Assembly: GCA_003151975.1 (NCBI GenBank)
Contig: PLZD01000010.1
Span: 201,261 to 265,260, forward strand
Source of the DNA: Elusimicrobiota bacterium
GTDB taxonomy: Bacteria > Elusimicrobiota > Elusimicrobia > UBA1565 > UBA9628
Length of the DNA stretch: 64,000 nt
Direction: 5' to 3'
The notes under the pieces were generated by a model that was not told the DNA's origin, searched no databases, and saw nothing but the letters and a program-made list of their open reading frames with translations. Shown in pieces: positions 35,457 through 44,039 of the stretch. Positions within the stretch are counted from its first letter, which is position 1. Every line of letters starts with the position of its first letter. The position numbers and the translations under genes were made by a program.

Positions 35457-36341
35457 ATGGCAAACCCGAATCTTATCGACCTCCCGTGGCTTACAAGTGA
35501 GGGTGCAGCGAATGCACTGCTCACCTGTTTGCAGAAAGCGTTGCAATTGCCAGGGGACACGATCCTTAACGCGTCTGACGTTAAATGGATTTCGCCCTTC
35601 GGAACAATCCTGCTTGCAGACTTCTCCCTGAAAAGAATTCGGGCGGGTCACTCTGTTTCTATTCAAATGCCGAAACATCGGGAAACCGCAGAGTACATTA
35701 GGACGAGCGGGTTGTTAAAACTCACGGAATCGAGCAACCTCTCAAATGCCGTAACCCCTGATACTTTGGAACTTCGCCTTCTTAAGCGTATGGAGGGCAA
35801 TGTTCCGCAGTTGGTCGCGGACTTTGTCGCTACACAGGCAATCAACGTTGGCGAAGATGAGCGGTACCTTCTTCGAATTTGGATTACTGAATTGCTTACG
35901 AATGCGAATGATCATGCCAACTCGGAGTCTGGCTTTTGGATTTGCGCGCGCTATACTCCTAGCCGTCGAGATATCCGTATCTGTGTGGCGGATGCGGGGA
36001 TCGGGATTCGAACTTCACTCGTCAAATCTGGGAAGTATGGCCACGCGATGACTGACTCCCAAGCCCTCGAAAAAGCATTGCAAGAAGGCGTCACGTCGCG
36101 GCCGGGTCACACTGGTGGCCTCGGACTAAAGCAAATTGTCGCGTATGTCAAAGCGCATGGAGGTTCCCTTTCCATGTTTTCGGGAAAATCGCGAATCAAA
36201 GTGAGGCGCAAACAGAAGAACGCGATATCAGCACTCCCTGTTGATTATCTCGGGACAATCGTAACAGCAGCGTTCGATCCACAGACCATGGCTACCCTAG
36301 AAGTGGAATCTGGAGAAGAGTCGCCATTCAACTTCGAATAA
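35457..36341 (+). CDS. STAS-like N-terminal domain fused to a GHKL (HATPase_c) ATPase/kinase domain
   Basis: N-box ELLTNANDHA, G1 DAGIGI, G2 GHTGGLGLKQI. N-terminal ~130 aa resemble STAS (ILNASDVKWISPFGTILL). No HisKA H-box. Confidence 0.55.
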   Translation: MANPNLIDLPWLTSEGAANALLTCLQKALQLPGDTILNASDVKWISPFGTILLADFSLKRIRAGHSVSIQMPKHRETAEYIRTSGLLKLTESSNLSNAVTPDTLELRLLKRMEGNVPQLVADFVATQAINVGEDERYLLRIWITELLTNANDHANSESGFWICARYTPSRRDIRICVADAGIGIRTSLVKSGKYGHAMTDSQALEKALQEGVTSRPGHTGGLGLKQIVAYVKAHGGSLSMFSGKSRIKVRRKQKNAISALPVDYLGTIVTAAFDPQTMATLEVESGEESPFNFE

Positions 36342-36345
36342 CATC

Positions 36346-36735
36346 ATGGCACATGTGACTCTCATGGTCGGTGAAATTTGCGGAGATCGGATTTATACCC
36401 GAGAGGATGGGAAGCCGTTGTTTGAGAAAATCGCCACGGCGCTTAAGGCTGGAGATACTGTCACTGTTGATTTTGGTGGACGAGAAATAGCCTCGGAGTC
36501 ATTCTTGGACGAGGCGTTGGTTGAGCACTATCTCCATCCGATTTCTCCATTGGTGCCCAAAGGCATTGCTCTCAAGAATGTGGCGCGACCGGACCAATCT
36601 CTCTTAAAGAGAATTTTCGAATACCGCAAGCGCTTGGAGCAAAAACAAAAGCGAAAGGAAGAACGCGATGGTAAGAAAGCCGCAGCAAGTGCGCGTAAGG
36701 ACTTTACTCCAATCGCTGAGGACAAGCCGTCCTGA
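36346..36735 (+). CDS. DUF4325 (STAS-like) small protein with a Lys-rich tail
   Basis: 129 aa. The TVDFGGREIASESFLDEAL pattern is typical of DUF4325. 4-nt gap from the upstream gene. Confidence 0.5.
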   Translation: MAHVTLMVGEICGDRIYTREDGKPLFEKIATALKAGDTVTVDFGGREIASESFLDEALVEHYLHPISPLVPKGIALKNVARPDQSLLKRIFEYRKRLEQKQKRKEERDGKKAAASARKDFTPIAEDKPS

Positions 36736-36837
36736 CGGTCTCAACTAATCCTCAAATTTCCCCCTAGGCCTTTTTGGGCCTTGCGGATTTTTCGGAACTG
36801 ATATAACATGAGGCTTACGATCTTAAGGGGCTCTAAC

Positions 36838-37335
36838 ATGAAAAAGAAAACCGCCGTCGCCAAGAAGACTTCCGCCCGCAAGCATCCCTCCGTCGGTAAA
36901 GCCGTCCCGGCGTCGAAGCTCGGCGCGGTGCGCAAAGAGCTCTTAGCCATGCGCGACGACTTGATGAAGACCGTGCGCAAGCAGCAGCTTTCCGAGAGCG
37001 CCAGCCAAGACACCGGCGACTCGGTCGACGAGGCCAGCCGCTCAATCGAGAAGGAACTTCTGTTCGAGCTTTCCGACAACGAGCGCGTGACCTTGGACCA
37101 GATCGAGGCGGCGCTGCGTAAGATCGACAAGGGGACCTACGGCCTTTGCGAGTCCTGCCAAACCTCGATCGCCAAGGCGCGGCTCAACGCCTTGCCCTTC
37201 GCGCGCTACTGCATCGAGTGCCAGAGCACGTCGGAGTCGGCGCCCGATCTCGTGGAGGCGCCGGCGGAATTCCGGGGCTTCGGCGGCGGCGGCAACGCCG
37301 AAGAGGGCGGCACCGGCGGCGGCTTCGAGCGCTAG
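36838..37335 (+). CDS. DksA/TraR-family C4 zinc-finger protein
   Basis: GTYGLCESCQTSIAKARLNALPFARYCIECQ zinc finger. Good RBS. High GC resumes here. Confidence 0.7.
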   Translation: MKKKTAVAKKTSARKHPSVGKAVPASKLGAVRKELLAMRDDLMKTVRKQQLSESASQDTGDSVDEASRSIEKELLFELSDNERVTLDQIEAALRKIDKGTYGLCESCQTSIAKARLNALPFARYCIECQSTSESAPDLVEAPAEFRGFGGGGNAEEGGTGGGFER

Positions 37336-38726
37336 GCTTTAGCCGCGTCTTTCTCGGCTTCCCAGGCCGAGATTCCGCCCAGCAGGTCCGCGAGTTGTTT
37401 TCTTCCCGCGCGTTCGAGCACGCTTGCCGCCACCATGGAGCGGTAGCCGCTCGCGCAGTGGATGATCAAGCGCCCTGACATCGGGACTTCCTTGACGCGT
37501 CGCTCGAGTTGGTTGAGCGCGATGTGCATCGAGCCGGGAATTTTGAGCGCCTTGCGCTCGGCGTCGTTGCGCACGTCGAGCACGAGCGGCGGCTTGGTCA
37601 GCCCGAGCTCTTCGTTGAGCCGGCCGGCGTCGACGCGCTCGACCTCGGCCACGAGATCGGGACTCTTTTTTAGAGCCTCCATGCCGCCTTTCAAGAAGCC
37701 CGCAACCTGGTCGAAACCTATGCGGCCGAGCCGCAGCATGGCCTCTTGCTCGTGGCCGTGCTCCGCCACGATGATCAGAGGCTTGCGCCGGTCGAGCATG
37801 ATGCCCGCCCAGCTCGCGAAGCGCCCGCCGAGACCGATGTTGAGGCTGCCCCGCAGGTGTGCGCCGGCGTACTCGCCCGGATCGCGCACGTCGAGGACGA
37901 CGGCGCCCGAGTGTTGGAGCTTAAGCGCCTGCGCAAGACTCAGGGCCTTGAGGCTTTTCTTGAGCGACTTCGGCAGGGTCTGCCGCATCTCGCGATTGAG
38001 CTTCGCGTCATAGGCGAAATAGGCGGGCGCCTCGGGCTGGTCGGCGGTCACGAGCTTGACGAACTCGTTGCGGTTCATGGGCTTCAAGGCGTAGTTGTGC
38101 CGCCGCTGTTCTCCGATCGTCGAGACCGTCTCGGAGCTCATGTTTTTTCCGCACATCGAGCCCGCGCCGTGGGCCGGGTAGACGAGCGTTGCGTCGGGCA
38201 GGGCCAGGATTTTCTTGTGCAGCGAGTCGTAGAGCGAGCTCGCGAGCTGTTTGGCCGTGACGCCGACGGAGGCCATGAGGTCCGGGCGCCCGACGTCGCC
38301 GATGAAGAGCGTGTCGCCGGTGAAGACCGCGCGCGGCGCGGCCGGGTTCTTCTTCAAATCGTAGGCCAGGATGCAGACGCCCTCAGGCGTGTGGCCCGGC
38401 GTCGCGAGGAACTTGAGGCGAGTGTCGCCGAATTCGAGCGCGCCGCCGTCGGTCATGGGCTCGAACGGGTAATCGGCCTTTCCCTTCGCGCCGATGTGGA
38501 TCGTGGCGTTGCAAAGCTCCTTGAGCTCGATGTGCCCCGCGATGAAATCGGCGTGGAAGTGCGTCAGAAGGACGTGCCGGATCGTCCAGCCCTTGCGCTT
38601 GGCCTCGGCCAGGTACGCCTCGACGTCGCGCTGGGGATCGATCACGACGGCGGTCTTGCTCTTGTCGTCGCCGATCAGGTACGAGGCATGGGAGAGGCAC
38701 GCCAGGTAGAATTGCTTTATTTTCAT
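37332..38726 (-). CDS. MBL-fold hydrolase fused to tandem rhodanese domains (persulfide dioxygenase/sulfurtransferase-like)
   Basis: HFHADFIAGH metal motif. C-terminal rhodanese active site CASGYRS. Confidence 0.7.
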   Translation of the reverse strand: MKIKQFYLACLSHASYLIGDDKSKTAVVIDPQRDVEAYLAEAKRKGWTIRHVLLTHFHADFIAGHIELKELCNATIHIGAKGKADYPFEPMTDGGALEFGDTRLKFLATPGHTPEGVCILAYDLKKNPAAPRAVFTGDTLFIGDVGRPDLMASVGVTAKQLASSLYDSLHKKILALPDATLVYPAHGAGSMCGKNMSSETVSTIGEQRRHNYALKPMNRNEFVKLVTADQPEAPAYFAYDAKLNREMRQTLPKSLKKSLKALSLAQALKLQHSGAVVLDVRDPGEYAGAHLRGSLNIGLGGRFASWAGIMLDRRKPLIIVAEHGHEQEAMLRLGRIGFDQVAGFLKGGMEALKKSPDLVAEVERVDAGRLNEELGLTKPPLVLDVRNDAERKALKIPGSMHIALNQLERRVKEVPMSGRLIIHCASGYRSMVAASVLERAGRKQLADLLGGISAWEAEKDAAKA

Positions 38727-38805
38727 TCGAGTTTCCTCGAGCTAAATTAGCATTTTGACGCCTTGAAAACGTAACAACGGGACGATACACTGTCGGGACC
38801 AGAGC

Positions 38806-41076
38806 ATGCGGTACTACATTTATAAGGATAGCGAGGTCGCGGGCCCATTCACGCCCGAGGAGCTCGACGCCTCCGGCGGCGTCGCGCCGGACTCTTTGGT
38901 TTGCCCCGAGGCGTCGTCGGGCCGCTACGACAACGACTGGCTGGCCGCAGGCCAGGTCTCCGAGCTTTCCTCCGTGCGCCGCAGCCTTTTCACGGCGACG
39001 GCGACTCTCGACGAGCCGCTGGCCGGCGAGTCTGGCGTGTTCGAGCGTCTCGAGCTCGACACGGCCGGCCTTCCCGGCGTCTCTGGGGAAGGGGACGGCT
39101 GGCTTGCCGATCTCATGGACGACGCGCAGTTTCGCAGCAGGTGGGGCGAGCTTTTGCCCAAGCCCTCCGAGGACGCCGAGGAGCTGGCGCAGGCGAAGAT
39201 CTCGAATCTGACGAGCCAGCTCGAGGCGCTCAAGTCGCGCATCTCGGAGCTCGAGATCTATAAATCGGCTCGGTCGATGACGGGCCCCGCGCCTTCTTTC
39301 GAAGCGCCGCCGCCGTCAAAAAAGCCTCCCTTGCCCGTCGGAGCGCCTTTCGCTCCCGCTCCCGCGCTCTCGTCGGCGCCGCCTCCGTTGGAGACGATTC
39401 CGTCGGCGATCGCGCCGGAGCTTCCGCCCGACCTGCCTTCCGTGAAGATCGCGGCGGCGCCCGCGCAGCCCTCGACGCCCGCGGCTCCCGCGGGACCGCA
39501 TACCGATTTCGAGAAAAAAGGAGAAAAGTTTACTTTCAAGGGAGTCGCCAAGGGCCCAGCGCCCGGCGCCGGGCCGAAGATCAGGTTCGCGCCGTCGAAG
39601 GAATTCCGCGTCGTGGAAAAAGAGCCTCACCCGGCCGAGCTTCCGATCCCGACGGCTCCCGCGCCCTCTCAGGCGCAGGGTTCGGCCCCGGTCTACGAAT
39701 GGAACGCGCCCCCGCAGGGCTCCGCGCCCGGCGGGCTTCCCGCCGCGGGCTCTGCGCCCATGCCGGCGCTCCCGACGTCGCCCGCGACGGGGCCGTCGCT
39801 GCCTTCGGCTCCGCCGGCCTCCGGGGCTCCTCCGCCGTTGCCGGCTTTCGGGACTCCGACGGCGATGCCTTCCTTCGGGGCTCCCTCGGCGCTGCCGTCT
39901 GCCCCGGGTCCGCTGACGTCGCCGCCTTCGCTGGCCACCCAACCGCCCCAGACGCCTGCCGCGGCCGGTATTGGACTCGAAGCGCCGTCTTTAGCGCCGC
40001 CGTCGTTGACCGCGCCACCGCCTTCGTTCAATCCTTTGGGCTTCGGGGCGCCTCCGATGACGGCGCCCCCGATGACCGCGCCGCCCGCGGCTTCGGCTCC
40101 TTCGCCCTTCAATCCGCCCGCCACTTTCAGCGGAGGGCCCGTCGCGCCGCCGATGACCATGATGTTCGGGGCGCCGATGGGAGCGCCAGCGGGCGGCCTC
40201 GGCGGCGTGCCTCCGCTCGAGGCTCCCCCCGTCCCGCAGATGCCCGGCTTCGGGGCGATGACGCCCTCGAGGGCGAATGCCGGCGCCATCACGCCGTCGG
40301 GTCCGGCCACCGACGACGTCATCGCGCGCCTGGCTAAGCCCGCAGCACCGCCTGCCACCGACAAGAAGCCGGAGCGCAAGAAATCGCGCGCGATGCTGAT
40401 CGTCGGCGTCGTCGGTCTGCTGGCGCTTTTCGTCTTGATTTTCTTCTTTCTGCGCGATCGGCAGGGCTTGAAGAAAATGATCCCCGAGGGAGCCGCGCAG
40501 AAGCCCTTCGGCGGAATTCCAGACGAGGAGCCGAAAATTCCCGCGCCCGCGCCCGCTCCCAAGCCCGCGCCGACGACTCCGGCTCCGGCGCCCGACAAGA
40601 TTCCCGACGCGGGCGAGGCCGCGGTCACTCTGGTCAAGAACTATCCGCTCGCCGGCAACCGCGGCACGGTCGGCCAGTGGCTGACCTACTCGTACAACCA
40701 AGATGGAGCCAGCAAGGAGGATTGGAACCCTGGCGCCCTCGACGCCACGACCTACTTGGTCGAGTACAAGGTCCTGCCGGGGCCCTCCAGCAAGAGCAAA
40801 GAGGTCATCTCTTATCTTTTCGAGGCCGACACGGGCCGGCAGATCATCCAGGGCAAGAACCCGGCCGCCAAATCCCTGCTCGGCGGCGGCGAGACAGTAG
40901 CGCCAAAGCCCAAGAAAGCCGCCAAACCAGTCTATAAGAAGAAAGTCAGGAAGCCCAAAGCGGCCGCCGCGCCGTCCCAGTCCAAGAAAGTCGATCTTTT
41001 GCCGCTGCCTTCCGACGCGGAGCTGGCTCCCCCTGCTGACGACAGTAATTCCTTTAAATCCGACACCGTGGAGTAG
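38806..41076 (+). CDS. DUF4339 (GYF-like)-domain membrane protein with a long Pro/Ala-rich low-complexity region
   Basis: N-terminal YYIYKDSEVAGPFTPEEL motif, a TM helix at ~residue 540, and a globular C-terminus. Confidence 0.55.
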   Translation: MRYYIYKDSEVAGPFTPEELDASGGVAPDSLVCPEASSGRYDNDWLAAGQVSELSSVRRSLFTATATLDEPLAGESGVFERLELDTAGLPGVSGEGDGWLADLMDDAQFRSRWGELLPKPSEDAEELAQAKISNLTSQLEALKSRISELEIYKSARSMTGPAPSFEAPPPSKKPPLPVGAPFAPAPALSSAPPPLETIPSAIAPELPPDLPSVKIAAAPAQPSTPAAPAGPHTDFEKKGEKFTFKGVAKGPAPGAGPKIRFAPSKEFRVVEKEPHPAELPIPTAPAPSQAQGSAPVYEWNAPPQGSAPGGLPAAGSAPMPALPTSPATGPSLPSAPPASGAPPPLPAFGTPTAMPSFGAPSALPSAPGPLTSPPSLATQPPQTPAAAGIGLEAPSLAPPSLTAPPPSFNPLGFGAPPMTAPPMTAPPAASAPSPFNPPATFSGGPVAPPMTMMFGAPMGAPAGGLGGVPPLEAPPVPQMPGFGAMTPSRANAGAITPSGPATDDVIARLAKPAAPPATDKKPERKKSRAMLIVGVVGLLALFVLIFFFLRDRQGLKKMIPEGAAQKPFGGIPDEEPKIPAPAPAPKPAPTTPAPAPDKIPDAGEAAVTLVKNYPLAGNRGTVGQWLTYSYNQDGASKEDWNPGALDATTYLVEYKVLPGPSSKSKEVISYLFEADTGRQIIQGKNPAAKSLLGGGETVAPKPKKAAKPVYKKKVRKPKAAAAPSQSKKVDLLPLPSDAELAPPADDSNSFKSDTVE

Positions 41077-41103
41077 CCTCTAAAGGAAGGGACCGCTCCG
41101 GCA

Positions 41104-41132
41104 TTGACAAACCGCGGTTTGGAGGTTACTCT
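41104..41132 (+). promoter_or_regulatory. candidate sigma70 promoter of pilB (TTGACA -17 nt- TACTCT)
   Basis: Consensus -35 hexamer with 17-nt spacing. AAGGA RBS just before the ATG at 41145. Confidence 0.4.
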
Positions 41133-41144
41133 TCTAATTAAGGA

Positions 41145-42923
41145 ATGGCAAACACAGAGCAGCACGTCATCTCGATAGGCCTGCCCCGCCGGCTGGCCGA
41201 CTTGATGGTGGCGGAAAAATTGATCACGCAAGCCCAGCTTGACGAGGCCCTGGAATCCCAGCGCCAGCGAAACGAGAAGCTGGGCACGCTTCTCGTTGAA
41301 AAGGGCTTCCTTAAGGAAGAGGTCCTGCTCGAGTTCATGAGCGCGCAGTGCGGGATCAGCTACGTCTCGCTCGCGAACATGCCCGAGATCCCCGAGGACG
41401 CCATCCAAGCCGTCCCCGAAGCCATCGCCCGCCAGCACATGCTCATTCCGTGCAACCGCACCAAGGACCGGATCACCATCGCGCTCGCCGATCCGCTTAA
41501 CGTGCTCATACTCGACGATTTGAAGATGATGACGGGCTGCGACGTTAAAGCCGTGCTCGCCTCCGAGGCCGAGATTTCCGCGGCGCACGACAAGTACTAT
41601 AAGTCGGCGACCTCCCAGGAGGTCCTCGACGACATCGTCCGCCAGTCGAATTTGTCGGCGGAGGAATCCGAGGGCATCGAGAACGTCGAGGAAAAGGATG
41701 AGGATGCCGACGTCAGCGGCCTCGAGAAATCGGCCGAGGAGGCGCCGGTCATCAAGATGGTCAACCTGATGATGGCCGGCGCGGTCAAGGCACGGGCTTC
41801 CGACATCCATATCGAGGCTTTCCCAAAAGAGCTCCGGGTGCGCTACCGCATCGACGGCGTGCTCCACGAGCAGCCCGCGCCTCCGAAGAAGTTCCACCCC
41901 GCGATCTGCACGCGCATCAAGATCATGTCGAACCTCAACATCGCCGAGCGCCGCATCCCGCAGGACGGGCGCTTGAAGCTCAAGATCGAGGGCAAAGAGA
42001 TCGACATGCGCGTCTCGGTCCTGCCCTGCGCGCCCGGCGAGAAGATCGTCATGCGCATACTCGATTCCTCGGGGCTGAAGGTGCAAATGTCGCAGTTGGG
42101 CTTCGAGCCCGAGGCGTTGTCCGTCTTCAAGAAGTGCATGGAATCGCCCTACGGCATCAACCTCGTGACCGGGCCGACGGGTTCCGGAAAATCGACGACG
42201 CTTTACTCCGCCCTGGCCAATCTCAACACGCCGGACACCAACATCATCACCGCAGAGGATCCCGTCGAGTACCAGCTTCACGGCATCAACCAAGTGCAGA
42301 TCAACACGCAGGTCGGCCTGACCTTCGCCGCCGCCCTGCGCTCCTTCCTGCGTCAGGACCCCGACGTGATCATGGTCGGTGAGATCCGCGACCTCGAGAC
42401 GGCGTCGATTGCCATCAACGCGGCCCTGACCGGCCACTTGGTCTTCTCGACGCTGCACACCAACGACGCTCCCGGCACGATCACGCGCCTCGGCATGATG
42501 GGTGTCGAACCCTTCTTGATTTCCGCCTCGATGTTGATGATTGAGGCCCAGCGCCTCGTGCGCGGCATTTGCACGAAGTGCAAGGAGAGCTACGAGGTGG
42601 ACCTCGGCTGGCTCGTCAAGTTGGGCGTGCCCGAGCAGCAGTTGCAGGCGGAGAAGGGCAAGGTCGTCCTGCACCGCGGCAAAGGCTGCGACAACTGCGC
42701 CAAGACCGGCTACCGGGGCCGCCAGGGGCTCTACGAGGTCCTCGAGGTCACCGACGCGATGCGCGCGGCCATCCTCGACAAAGTGCCCTCGCGCGAGCTC
42801 AAGATCCTCGCGATAAAGCAAGGCATGATCACCCTGCGCGCCTGCGCGATCCGCAAGCTTTTAGCCGGCGCGACGACGGTCGAGGAAATGATCCGCGTCA
42901 CCGCTTCCGACGTAGACACCTGA
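41145..42923 (+). CDS. pilB: type IV pilus assembly ATPase PilB (GspE family)
   Basis: Walker A GPTGSGKST, Asp/His boxes, C-terminal tetracysteine motif. Confidence 0.85.
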   Translation: MANTEQHVISIGLPRRLADLMVAEKLITQAQLDEALESQRQRNEKLGTLLVEKGFLKEEVLLEFMSAQCGISYVSLANMPEIPEDAIQAVPEAIARQHMLIPCNRTKDRITIALADPLNVLILDDLKMMTGCDVKAVLASEAEISAAHDKYYKSATSQEVLDDIVRQSNLSAEESEGIENVEEKDEDADVSGLEKSAEEAPVIKMVNLMMAGAVKARASDIHIEAFPKELRVRYRIDGVLHEQPAPPKKFHPAICTRIKIMSNLNIAERRIPQDGRLKLKIEGKEIDMRVSVLPCAPGEKIVMRILDSSGLKVQMSQLGFEPEALSVFKKCMESPYGINLVTGPTGSGKSTTLYSALANLNTPDTNIITAEDPVEYQLHGINQVQINTQVGLTFAAALRSFLRQDPDVIMVGEIRDLETASIAINAALTGHLVFSTLHTNDAPGTITRLGMMGVEPFLISASMLMIEAQRLVRGICTKCKESYEVDLGWLVKLGVPEQQLQAEKGKVVLHRGKGCDNCAKTGYRGRQGLYEVLEVTDAMRAAILDKVPSRELKILAIKQGMITLRACAIRKLLAGATTVEEMIRVTASDVDT

Positions 42924-42938
42924 GCAAAAGGAAAAATT

Positions 42939-44015
42939 ATGATATCGATGAGCGAACTGTTTCTTCTCATGCACGAGCGCGGCGCCTCGGACCTGCACCT
43001 GACCGTCGGCGCTCCTCCGACTTTGCGCATCGACGGCCAGCTGGTTCCGACCCCATTCGAGAAGCTCACCCACGAGACCTCGCAAAGCCTCATCTTCTCG
43101 CTTCTGACCGAGCAGCAGCGCCAAAAATACGAGGCCACCAACGAGCTCGACCTCGCCTTCGGCCTGAAAGGCATCGGCCGCCTGCGCATGAACATCTACC
43201 GGCAGCGCGGCGCCGTCGGGGCCGCGGTGCGCTCGATTCCCGGCTCGTTTAAGTCCTTCGAGGAGATCGGCCTGCCGCAAGTCGTCTATGAGATCATGAA
43301 AATCCCCAAGGGCCTCGTCCTCGTGACGGGACCTACGGGCTCAGGTAAATCCACCACGCTCGCGAGCATGATCGACTACATCAACGAGCACCGCTCGGCG
43401 CACATCGTCACCGTCGAGGATCCCATCGAGTACGTCCACCAGCACAAGAAGTGCCTGATCAACCAACGCGAAGTGGGCCAGGACTCCGAGAGTTTCGCGG
43501 CGGCCTTGAAGTTCGTGCTGCGCCAGGACCCCAATGTCATCCTGATCGGCGAGCTTCGCGACCTCGAGACGATTTCGGCCGCGCTGACCATAGCGGAGAC
43601 GGGCCACCTGGTCTTCGCGACCCTGCACACGACCGACTGCGCCCAGACCATCAACCGCATCATCGACGTCTTCCCTCAGCACCAGATCGAGCAGGTGCGC
43701 GTGCAGCTTTCGTTCGTGCTGCAGGCCATTCTCTGCCAGCAGCTCGTGCCGCACGCCTCGGGCACGGGCCGGGTCCTTGCGTGCGAGATACTCATGGTCA
43801 CCTCGGCCATCCGCAACCTCGTGCGCGAGCAGAAGGTCGAGCAGATCCAGCTGGCCATCCAGACCGGCGCCAAATTCGGCATGCAGACGATGAACCAGGG
43901 CTTGGCCGACCTCTATCGCGGACAGAGAGCCACTTTCCAGGAAGTCATGGCGCGCTCGTTAGACCCGGAAGACTTGAGACGGCTCCTTCAAAAGGGCCAG
44001 CCCGTGCCGAATTAA
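42939..44015 (+). CDS. pilT: twitching motility (retraction) ATPase PilT
   Basis: GPTGSGKSTTL Walker A and PilT-like length. Confidence 0.85.
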   Translation: MISMSELFLLMHERGASDLHLTVGAPPTLRIDGQLVPTPFEKLTHETSQSLIFSLLTEQQRQKYEATNELDLAFGLKGIGRLRMNIYRQRGAVGAAVRSIPGSFKSFEEIGLPQVVYEIMKIPKGLVLVTGPTGSGKSTTLASMIDYINEHRSAHIVTVEDPIEYVHQHKKCLINQREVGQDSESFAAALKFVLRQDPNVILIGELRDLETISAALTIAETGHLVFATLHTTDCAQTINRIIDVFPQHQIEQVRVQLSFVLQAILCQQLVPHASGTGRVLACEILMVTSAIRNLVREQKVEQIQLAIQTGAKFGMQTMNQGLADLYRGQRATFQEVMARSLDPEDLRRLLQKGQPVPN

Positions 44016-44039
44016 GTACACTGAAGACAGAGGTGTCAT

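Noticed and set aside
36741-37130. 129-aa minus-strand ORF
   Set aside because: Antisense to the DksA/TraR gene, which has a conserved zinc-finger.
40932-42821. 629-aa ORF on the minus strand
   Set aside because: Lies entirely antisense to pilB, whose product has unmistakable GspE motifs. The antisense ORF is an artefact of high GC.
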